Counted from the stretch's first letter, positions 7,692 to 14,641 are shown. The stretch: 32,000 bases of DNA from Massilicoli timonensis (GCF_900199515.1 NZ_LT963434.1:1862180-1894179); one strand, 5' to 3'. Notes: generated from the sequence alone by a model not told the origin. Translations and numbers: made by a program.

Positions 7692-8660
7692 TCATTCTTC
7701 TGTTTCCAGTTCCAACCTCTGCAATATATCTTTGATAATCCCCGCATCTTGAATGAGGTTAATGCCAAAACATTTTTTACCTGCGTCCTTCAAGGAAGCT
7801 CCCACATGGTAGGCTGTTTCTCGGTCAAGAATTAAGAAACGGTCATGGAATACCTTCGTATATTTCACTTCTAAGGTCGGATACTGTGCATTAAAATTCT
7901 CCGCATCCGTTTTCGTGAGCCTTGTCCGTTTCTGTGTGTAGATTGTCACAGACACATTCTCATTCTTCTTTGATAGCAAATTCAATGTTCCCACATCCAC
8001 ATATCCGTCTATCAGCATAATTTCCTTTTCCGCCTTTTGTATCAGGCTGACAATCAGGCTGAACGCATCATAAATCTGACCGTCAAAGAATACCTTTTGA
8101 CTGGCTTCTTCATGCTCGGATATGTACTCAAATATCTGCTCCAGCTTTTCATCCGTCTGCTTCTGGTATTCTAACTGCTTCAGCTCCACATTACTGATAC
8201 GCTCGAAGAGTAAGGCATTGTTGGCAATAAAACGCCGCATTTCTACAAAAGTATCCATAATGCGGATGCTTGTCTGAACAGCGACTTCACTTCTCAAAAC
8301 GGACGATAGCATAGCTATTCCTTGTTCTGTAAAAGCAAATGGTAATGTTCTTCTTCCACCATATCCGTTGCTTTCTTCATCTGAACCTGACATCACAATT
8401 TGTGATTTCAAGTTTTTGTATTCATCCTTTGTTAGCTGGAAACGAAATCTCTCTGGAAATCTTGTTATATTTCTTTTCACTGCCTGATTTAATGTTCTGG
8501 TTTCCACTTGATACAACATTGCCAAGTCATTATCTATCATAACCTGCTGATTGCGGACAACATAAATCATGCTCTTAATATCATATCCCGTCATTTCTAC
8601 ATTCGATACGGATGAATCAATATTCCGCTCTACCAAAGCTGTTTCTTCTGCTTTTACCAT
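7692..8660 (-). CDS. ORF6N-domain (KilA-N/Bro-N related) DNA-binding protein with a C-terminal PLD-like 'HDRFLILD' domain
   Basis: 322 aa. 'VRNQQVMIDNDLAMLYQVETRTLNQAVKRNITRFPERFRFQLTKDE...GGRRTLPFAFTEQGIAMLSSVL' is the ORF6N signature. The C-terminus reads 'FHDRFLILDRETAYHVGASLKDAGKK'. GGAGAG RBS. Confidence 0.75.
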   Translation of the reverse strand: MVKAEETALVERNIDSSVSNVEMTGYDIKSMIYVVRNQQVMIDNDLAMLYQVETRTLNQAVKRNITRFPERFRFQLTKDEYKNLKSQIVMSGSDEESNGYGGRRTLPFAFTEQGIAMLSSVLRSEVAVQTSIRIMDTFVEMRRFIANNALLFERISNVELKQLEYQKQTDEKLEQIFEYISEHEEASQKVFFDGQIYDAFSLIVSLIQKAEKEIMLIDGYVDVGTLNLLSKKNENVSVTIYTQKRTRLTKTDAENFNAQYPTLEVKYTKVFHDRFLILDRETAYHVGASLKDAGKKCFGINLIQDAGIIKDILQRLELETEE

Positions 8661-8714
8661 GCCTATCTCTCCTTTATCGTTTTGAGGTGCCGAATTGGTA
8701 TATCAAAACTAGGT

Positions 8715-8749
8715 AGAACTTGAAGTCACAATTTGCGACTTCAAGTTCT
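8715..8749. promoter_or_regulatory. Perfect 13-bp inverted repeat (hairpin B), a candidate operator upstream of the ORF6N gene
   Basis: AGAACTTGAAGTC (8715-8727), a 9-nt spacer 'acaatttgc', then GACTTCAAGTTCT (8737-8749). It lies 55 nt upstream of the ORF6N start and just downstream of a minus-strand TTGACA (8767-8772). Its core, GTCaCAATTTGCgAC, resembles repeat A. Confidence 0.5.
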
Positions 8750-8833
8750 AAGCTCGTGATTTTAAATGTCAATCTGAAAGTTTAAGTTTGTCTTACTATG
8801 CCAGAATAGCATTTCAAATTTTATGTATCTTCA

Positions 8834-8862
8834 TTTTAAGGTAACAGCCCGTGACCTCAAAC
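8834..8862 (+). repeat. Hairpin repeat C: TTTTAAGGT-N11-ACCTCAAAC
   Basis: 'ttttaaggtaacagcccgtgacctcaaac'. Same 9-nt flanks and spacing as repeat A, with a different 11-nt core. Imperfect stem AGGTAAC/GTGACCT. Confidence 0.55.
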
Positions 8863-9153
8863 GCTCTTTATCGACAAATTCATTATATCATGCGGCAGAT
8901 TTTTTACCACATAAATCTACAAAGAAAAAGGACAATCTTTTTTAACTGCCCCTCTCGGTTATAAATTCTTTGTCAATGATTTTGACAACGCCGCCATCTC
9001 TGGATTATCGAATAGCTTTAACAGCATTTCTTGGTAATAACATAAATTCATGTTGCTTAGAGCATCTCATAAAAGGCTGATATCCAATTGGAACAATAGT
9101 TCCTTTTCGGGAATATCTTTCTTTTATATCCTTCTTTTCTAATGGTTGTACGG

Positions 9154-9849
9154 TTCACCTCTTAGGAATTTTCCATGGCGGCGGGACCCTGTACTATGGG
9201 CTCAATGCCTTATCCGGCAACATGATTATAGCGAATTGCAAACAACTTAAAAATCCAAACAGTCTTATTCTGTGAACCCCAGGCAGCGGTAAAAGTTTCC
9301 CCGCGAAGCGTGAGAACACCAACGTGGAGATTCAGGACTGTCTTGTATGTCTCGATATCAAGGAACTTAGCAAGTAGCTAAAAAAACTCGTATGCTAACT
9401 ATCCAGAACCAGGTCTGAGGCAGGGTGACGAAAACCGTGAGCTGCACGCAAATAGCTGGTTCTACTGTGACGAGTTCCATCTGCTCCTGAAAGAAGAACA
9501 GACTGCCGCTTATTCCGTGTATATTTGGAAACGATTTAGAAAATGGGGCGGTATCCCGGCAGGTATCAGTCAGAACGTTAAGGACCTGCCTTCTTCCCGT
9601 GAGGTGGAGAACATCTTTGAAAACTCTGACTTCGTGTATATGCTCAACCAGATAGCCTGCGGCAGGGAAATCCTTTCAAGGAAATTTGCTATCTCCCCGC
9701 AGTAACTTTCCTATGTGACCCATTCAGGAACCGGTGAGGAGCTGATCTTCTATAGAAAATTGATACTGTCATTTGTGGACAGCTTCTCGCAGGATACGGA
9801 GCTGTACCGCGTTATGACGACCAAACCGAAAAATATTGGAGGTGATGGA
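9154..9849 (+). pseudogene. Decayed VirB4-type conjugative-transfer ATPase (Tn916/Tn1549-like ICE, 'CD1110-family' type)
   Basis: Translated fragments: 'GTLYYGLNALSGNMII..KQLKNPNSLIL*TPGSGKSFPAKRE' (Walker A at 9279-9296, in-frame TGA 9273). 'TNVEIQDCLVCLDIKELSK*' (TAG 9375). 'RMLTIQNQV*' (TGA 9416) in another frame. 'WFYCDEFHLLLKEEQTAAYSVYIWKRFRKWGGIPAGISQNVKDL...FENSDFVYMLNQ...ISPQ*LSYVTHSGTGE..LYRVMTTKP' (TAA 9703). About 230 aa is deleted after Walker A and the N-terminal ~430 aa are missing. Confidence 0.65.
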
Positions 9850-10290
9850 ATGACAGTTGAAAATTGGATTGATCTTCTCATTCCTGTAATAGGTATCATT
9901 GTAGCAGCAGTATCCGCAGCCTTTACTTACTATTTTGCAAAGAAACAACAAATTTCGGCAGATGAAAATCGCCTTAAAGAAAAGCATTACTTAAACTATA
10001 TAGAGGCAGTAAGTAATATAGTTATCTCTGATAATTCTGATAAGGCACGCGATCAGTTAGCAGACGCACAAAATCAATTATTATTGGTAGGTAGTGCTGA
10101 TGTAGTTGCAAGATTGATGATTTTCCATGATTATATAAAACCCTCAAATTCAAACAATTTTGTGTCAGAGAAACATGACGAACTATTGACTGATTTACTG
10201 AAAAGTATGAGAAAAGATTTATACAAAAGCAAAAAAGTCAATATCAATTACCCTATCATTCATTTAACTGGAAAAACTCCGAGAAAATAA
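9850..10290 (+). CDS. Small single-pass membrane protein of unknown function (AT-rich cargo gene)
   Basis: 146 aa from ATG 9850. GGAGG lies 7 nt upstream. The track ORF 9715-10290 begins in the VirB4 relic. TM helix 'LLIPVIGIIVAAVSAAFTYYFA' is followed by a helical soluble part. The gene is visibly more AT-rich than its flanks and has its own terminator at 10314-10340. Confidence 0.5.
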   Translation: MTVENWIDLLIPVIGIIVAAVSAAFTYYFAKKQQISADENRLKEKHYLNYIEAVSNIVISDNSDKARDQLADAQNQLLLVGSADVVARLMIFHDYIKPSNSNNFVSEKHDELLTDLLKSMRKDLYKSKKVNINYPIIHLTGKTPRK

Positions 10291-10313
10291 CTTAATGACA
10301 CTTGTAAGGCAAG

Positions 10314-10340
10314 GCGTTGCTAAATCAGCGGCGCTTTTCT
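10314..10340 (+). terminator. Rho-independent terminator after the small membrane-protein gene
   Basis: GCGTTGCT (10314-10321), loop aaatc, AGCGGCGC (10327-10334; 8 bp including two G-U pairs), then TTTTCTT. Confidence 0.5.
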
Positions 10341-10456
10341 TATGACTAAAATCAGGAGGTGAAGTCCGATTGTTTTCTGGCTTTGACTGATTAGCAGAAT
10401 TGGCTCTTGCTAATTGCACATTGCTATGCGTTCGATTTTTCTCGGAAAATAGAAAA

Positions 10457-10568
10457 CGCCGAAAACCTTGAACGTGAGAAACAAGTTTCTCACTGACGCG
10501 GGCGTCGCCAAAGGAAATGCAAGCATTTCCGCTTGGCTCGTGCCTCGCGCAAATCAAAGTTTTCGGCG
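10457..10568. repeat. Nested palindrome cluster closed by a 14-bp long-range stem; includes a degenerate second copy of the tRNA 3' end
   Basis: Outer stem CGCCGAAAACCTTG (10457-10470) pairs with CAAAGTTTTCGGCG (10555-10568) with 1 mismatch. Inner perfect palindromes: GTGAGAAAC-aa-GTTTCTCAC (10474-10493), GACGC-gg-GCGTC (10495-10506) and GGAAATGC-aa-GCATTTCC (10513-10530). 'ggcgtcgccaa' at 10501-10511 matches 'ggcgtcgctaa' at 10577-10587 (10/11). Confidence 0.55.
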
Positions 10569-10575
10569 GAGTTTT

Positions 10576-10620
10576 TGGCGTCGCTAAGAGGATTTGAACC
10601 TCCGACCTACCGCTTAGGAG
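10576..10620 (-). tRNA. Truncated tRNA-Arg(CCU): 3' 45 nt only (anticodon loop to CCA), a probable integration (att) scar
   Basis: Minus strand: 'CTCCTAA|GCGGT|AGGTC|GGAGG|TTCAAAT|CCTCT|TAGCGAC|G|CCA'. This reads as anticodon loop (CCT), 3' anticodon stem, 5-nt variable loop, T-arm, acceptor 3' strand, discriminator and encoded CCA. The sequence 5' of it ('gatac') cannot pair with the anticodon stem, and there is no D-arm or 5' acceptor strand. Confidence 0.6.
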
Positions 10621-10738
10621 GTATCATTTTTCTGTATTGGATCAAAAACAGAGTATTTCAAAGTTGTATCTAGAAGACTTTATCAGGCAAGCATGAAAAA
10701 CACTTTTTTTACATATAGTAGGTTGAAAGGGGCGAAGC

Positions 10739-11437
10739 ATGATACGGTATGAGATCAAGGGAAACGGGCGTGCGGTGATCTTATTGCATGGCTGGGGACA
10801 AAATATGGAAATGATGCGGCCGATCCAAGATCACCTTGCTAAGCGGTATCGGGTGCTCAACCTCGATCTGCCCGGTTTTTTCGGCAGTGATGCGCCGGCT
10901 TCGGTGTGGGGCAGTTTAGAATATGCCGCATGGCTGCATGAATTTGCCGAAGCCAATCAGTTGCAGGAACCGATTTTAATAGCGCATTCTTTCGGTGCCA
11001 GGATCGCCTTTCAATATGCCTTGCATTATCCAACCGCCTGTATGATCTTGACCGGTGCCGCCGGCATTCGCAAGCGAAGAACACTGCGTTACTATGGAAA
11101 GGTCGCGTTCTATAAAGTACGAAAAAAACTGCACTTGCCCATTTCTAAAAGCGGAAGTGAAGATTATCGGCAGGCACAGGGCATGATGCGAAAGATCATG
11201 GTGAAAGTCGTCAATGAAACGATTACACCCGATCTTTTTAAGATCAAAACGCCGACCTTGCTGGTATGGGGCGAACAAGATGAACAGACGCCGCTTTGGA
11301 TGGGGAAGATGATGGAAAAACAGATGCCGCATGCGACGCTGGTGGTTTTTCACCATGATGATCACTTTGCCTACTATCATCAAATGCCGAGGTTTTTGAG
11401 AGTGATCGATGCGTATTTAGAGGGAGGTTTTTTATGA
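10739..11437 (+). CDS. Alpha/beta-fold hydrolase
   Basis: 232 aa. 'VILLHGWGQN' oxyanion region, nucleophile elbow 'AHSFGA', and C-terminal 'HDDHF'. The stop overlaps the murF start (ATGA). Confidence 0.75.
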   Translation: MIRYEIKGNGRAVILLHGWGQNMEMMRPIQDHLAKRYRVLNLDLPGFFGSDAPASVWGSLEYAAWLHEFAEANQLQEPILIAHSFGARIAFQYALHYPTACMILTGAAGIRKRRTLRYYGKVAFYKVRKKLHLPISKSGSEDYRQAQGMMRKIMVKVVNETITPDLFKIKTPTLLVWGEQDEQTPLWMGKMMEKQMPHATLVVFHHDDHFAYYHQMPRFLRVIDAYLEGGFL

Positions 11438-12975
11438 GCTGTTTATGGGTCGCCGCTGCCGTGCTTTTCGCTGTCAAAATCATTCAAAAGGCCGCTTTTG
11501 TGTTTCAGCAGTGCCGTTATCAGAAAAGGCGGCTGCTCTATTGGCTGAAAGAACATTCTTTTCTCTTTCACAAGTATCTCTTGGCACATCTGTTTCTATG
11601 GACCGTATTTTTTCTGTTCCGACAAAAAAACATTCTGGTGATCGGTTTGTGCATAGAGGGACTGGCGGTGCTGTTATGGCGACGTCTTGAAGATGATCGG
11701 CCGGCCATTACTGCGCGCATGAAACGACTGCTGTCTGTTTGCTTTTTGCTGATTGTGGTGAGCGCTTGGGGCTGCTCTTATCATTTTGCGGCAATGTGGC
11801 TGTATGCCCTTTTTTTCCCATTGTGGTGCTGGATACTCTTTTTTGCTGTAGCGCTTTTGCTGACACCGATCGAATATTTGATCAAGCGCTGTTATGTGCA
11901 CATGGCAAAACAAAAGCTGCGTTCTCTTCGCACCCTTAAAAAAGTAGGCATTACCGGCAGCTATGGGAAAACCTCGACAAAGCAGATCCTGCTGCACCTG
12001 ATACGTTTAGAGTTCAACACCTGTGCTTCACCGGCCTCTTTCAACAATGAAATGGGGCTTACAAGAACGATCCGCGAACATTTGAAGCCGCGTCATGAGG
12101 TATTTTTAGCGGAAATGGGAGCAGATCATGTGAAAGAGATCACCCGTTTGGCAGCACTCATAAAACCTTCTATCGCCATCATTACCGGCATTGCTCCGCA
12201 GCACCTGCAGACGTTTGGGTCAATGGAACATATTTTGCGGGAAAAGATGCAGCTGGTAGAAGCATTGCCTGCCAATGGCACCGCGATCATCAATATGGAC
12301 AATCCTTATATTCGCAGCTATGCCATACAAAATCATTGCCGGATCATTCGCTATGGGATCGACAGTGCAGATGTTGATTTACGGGCGGTGCATGTCAAGG
12401 TCAATCACTACGGTACTTCCTTTTTACTGCTTTATGAAGGGCAAAGCATTCCCCTGCACACCCATCTGTTAGGGAAGCAGCATGTTTTGAATATCTTAGC
12501 GGCGATTGCCTGTGCACGTACGTTGGGCATCAGTTGGGATATCATTAGAAAGCGGGTCGCACAGATTCCCGATGTCGCACACCGTATGCAGCTTTTATGT
12601 CAGCGCGATTATTATGTGATCGATAATGCCTATAATTCCAATCCGGCTTCGGCTGCTTATGCCTTAGAAGTGTTATCCCAAATGAAAGGCAGAAAGATCG
12701 TCATGACGCCGGGATTCGTTGATCTGGGTGATTATCAGAAAGAGGCGCACCGCACCTTCGGCAAGCAGATCGCACAATGTGCATCCATAGTAATATTAGT
12801 GGGCAGACATCAGATACAGGCAATTTACGACGGCTTGCTGGAAGCATGTTTTGCCAAAGAGGCGATCCATATTGCCACAGATCGTGAAATGGCTTTTACG
12901 ATTTTGCGCAGACTAGTAAAAAGCGGAGATATCGTTTTGATTGAAAACGATCTTCCGCAAGTATTCAATCGATAG
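11434..12975 (+). CDS. murF: UDP-MurNAc-tripeptide--D-alanyl-D-alanine ligase (MurF) with a polytopic N-terminal membrane extension
   Basis: 513 aa. P-loop 'GITGSYGKTSTK', 'SFNNEMGL', 'LAEMGADHVKEI' and 'TGIAPQHLQTFGS' fit MurF central and C-terminal domains. Residues 1-150 contain about 5 hydrophobic helices in place of the usual soluble N-domain. Confidence 0.75.
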   Translation: MSCLWVAAAVLFAVKIIQKAAFVFQQCRYQKRRLLYWLKEHSFLFHKYLLAHLFLWTVFFLFRQKNILVIGLCIEGLAVLLWRRLEDDRPAITARMKRLLSVCFLLIVVSAWGCSYHFAAMWLYALFFPLWCWILFFAVALLLTPIEYLIKRCYVHMAKQKLRSLRTLKKVGITGSYGKTSTKQILLHLIRLEFNTCASPASFNNEMGLTRTIREHLKPRHEVFLAEMGADHVKEITRLAALIKPSIAIITGIAPQHLQTFGSMEHILREKMQLVEALPANGTAIINMDNPYIRSYAIQNHCRIIRYGIDSADVDLRAVHVKVNHYGTSFLLLYEGQSIPLHTHLLGKQHVLNILAAIACARTLGISWDIIRKRVAQIPDVAHRMQLLCQRDYYVIDNAYNSNPASAAYALEVLSQMKGRKIVMTPGFVDLGDYQKEAHRTFGKQIAQCASIVILVGRHQIQAIYDGLLEACFAKEAIHIATDREMAFTILRRLVKSGDIVLIENDLPQVFNR

Positions 12976-12985
12976 GAGGAATGAC

Positions 12986-14125
12986 ATGACTTTACAAGTA
13001 GGAATTATTTTCGGCGGCCCCAGCGTCGAACATGAAATCAGCATTTTATCGGCGATGCAGGTACTGCACACGATGGAAAGCGGCCCCTATAAGCCGATCC
13101 CCATCTATATATCCAAACAGCTTGACTGGTATTGCGATGATGCGTTATTTGATTTAGATAATTACAAGGATCTAAAACAATTATGCGCTAAGATGAAGCC
13201 GGTACAGTTGATCAGGCAGCGTCAGGAGCTGATGATCGTCCGCAAGAAAAAAGGATTGTTAAAAGAGTATATCAACATTGATGTCGTATTGCCGGTCATA
13301 CATGGCAATATGGGCGAGGATGGCTGCTTGCAGGGCTTGCTTTCCATGTACGGCGTTCCCTTTGCCGGCAGTGAAACCGCCGCAGCCGCAATCGGTCAGG
13401 ACAAGTGGCTGATGAAACAGATCTTGGAGGCGAACGGCATTGCCGTTTTGAAATGGCGCGGCATCACCGTTTTTCAAGATGCCAAGCAGTGGCAGAGCTG
13501 TTTTGATGCAATCAGCTATCCGTGCATCATCAAACCGGCAAAGCTGGGCAGTTCCATCGGCATTCAGGTAGCATCTTCTTATGAAGAAGCCTGTCAATCC
13601 TTGCAAAAAGCCTTTCAGTATGATACCCATGTGGTCGTAGAACCATATTTGAAACAAGTCAGAGAATACAATATTTCGATCTTAGGCGATGAGGAAAAAC
13701 AGGAAGCCTCCGTTGTCGAAGAAGTGATGAAAAATGATGAAATTCTCAGTTACCATGATAAATATGAGAAAGGCTCTAAAAGCAAAGGCATGGCGGGATT
13801 AAACCGCATCGTTCCCGCGGAACTGACGGATGCATTGCGCGAGCAGATGGAAGCCATGGCAAAAAACGCTTTTGTTGCACTGCGTTTAAGCGGTGTATGC
13901 CGCATTGATTTTCTATATGACGGCAAGCAGTTATATATCAATGAAGTCAATACGATTCCCGGTTCGCTCGCTTATTATCTCTGGGAAGAAAGCAAGGTGC
14001 CGTTTCGTCACCTCATCATGCGCCTGATCCAGATCGCAATTCGCCGCACCAGACGAAAAGACGCCATGATCACCACTTATGACACCAATATCTTAGCGGG
14101 AAATCACGGCGGTGTGAAAAAATAG
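12986..14125 (+). CDS. ddl: D-alanine--D-alanine ligase
   Basis: 379 aa from ATG 12986, with AGGAGG 6 nt upstream; the track's 12941 start lies inside murF. 'VGIIFGGPSVEHEISILSA' and the ATP-grasp motifs 'IIKPAKLGSSIGI' and 'INEVNTIPGS' are present. Confidence 0.85.
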   Translation: MTLQVGIIFGGPSVEHEISILSAMQVLHTMESGPYKPIPIYISKQLDWYCDDALFDLDNYKDLKQLCAKMKPVQLIRQRQELMIVRKKKGLLKEYINIDVVLPVIHGNMGEDGCLQGLLSMYGVPFAGSETAAAAIGQDKWLMKQILEANGIAVLKWRGITVFQDAKQWQSCFDAISYPCIIKPAKLGSSIGIQVASSYEEACQSLQKAFQYDTHVVVEPYLKQVREYNISILGDEEKQEASVVEEVMKNDEILSYHDKYEKGSKSKGMAGLNRIVPAELTDALREQMEAMAKNAFVALRLSGVCRIDFLYDGKQLYINEVNTIPGSLAYYLWEESKVPFRHLIMRLIQIAIRRTRRKDAMITTYDTNILAGNHGGVKK

Positions 14126-14126
14126 G

Positions 14127-14567
14127 TTAAGGCAGATAAAATGCGATCAGTTTTGTCAGATTTTCGGTATTGCCTTCCTGCATGCTTTGTGAAAGGGCAT
14201 CGGCACATTTGATGATCTGTGAAAAGCGATCGTGCCGTTTTGTTTTCTCACTGTGATGGCGAATGCCTGTTTCGATCATCGTTATTTCTGATTCTTTGAA
14301 ATGGCCGCTCTCTGCTAATTTTTTACGGATGAGCAGTGCTCCTTTTTGCGCATGCTCTTTTACGCCGTTATAGGCGAAGCGATAATAATCATGACAAAGT
14401 CCGCAAATATAAGCAAGTTCCTCATTTTCACCATAACGATCGGCAAGCAGCGCCGCAATCGCAGCACATTCAGCGGCATGAGCGATTGCCAAATGACGCA
14501 AAGCATCATCCTGAATAGACGCATATGCCTGAAAAACGAATGCTCTGACTGTTTCTAAGCGATCCAT
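14127..14567 (-). CDS. HD-domain protein (putative metal-dependent phosphohydrolase)
   Basis: 146 aa from ATG 14567, with AGGAGG 6 nt upstream. 'LAIAHAAE...GLCHDYYRF' provides an H...HD motif. It converges on ddl with a 1-nt gap. Confidence 0.6.
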   Translation of the reverse strand: MDRLETVRAFVFQAYASIQDDALRHLAIAHAAECAAIAALLADRYGENEELAYICGLCHDYYRFAYNGVKEHAQKGALLIRKKLAESGHFKESEITMIETGIRHHSEKTKRHDRFSQIIKCADALSQSMQEGNTENLTKLIAFYLP

Positions 14568-14641
14568 GCGCATCCCTCCTGTCTTGTTCATTCTTATCGC
14601 AGCATTTTCTCCCCTCATTTCGCAATTCTTGATGCGTGTGC

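Noticed and set aside
7552-7752. 66-aa plus-strand ORF.
   Set aside because: It starts in the noncoding region, crosses hairpin A, and overlaps the 3' end of the ORF6N gene on the opposite strand. It has no RBS and a low-complexity Ser/Tyr-rich sequence.
9517-9849. Track ORFs 9517-9705 and the first 45 codons of 9715-10290, considered as independent small genes.
   Set aside because: Both translate to contiguous C-terminal VirB4 motifs in a single frame, separated only by a TAA nonsense codon (9703). They are fragments of one pseudogene. The real downstream gene starts at ATG 9850.
10264-10557. 97-aa minus-strand ORF between the small membrane-protein gene and the tRNA fragment.
   Set aside because: It runs straight through the nested palindromes and a terminator. 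It has no RBS, and its Arg/Ser-rich sequence is typical of translated GC-rich repeats. The region is better explained as noncoding att or structured DNA.
12941-12985. N-terminal extensions given by the ORF track: ddl 12941-12985, purA 26464-26493, lipoprotein 15407-15463, HD protein 14568-14618, glnA 27849-27872, LRR 15526-15531, SIS-b 6591-6596.
   Set aside because: In each case a downstream ATG is preceded at 5-8 nt by a GGAGG-type RBS and gives the canonical N-terminus of the family. The extended starts overlap upstream genes or lack an RBS.
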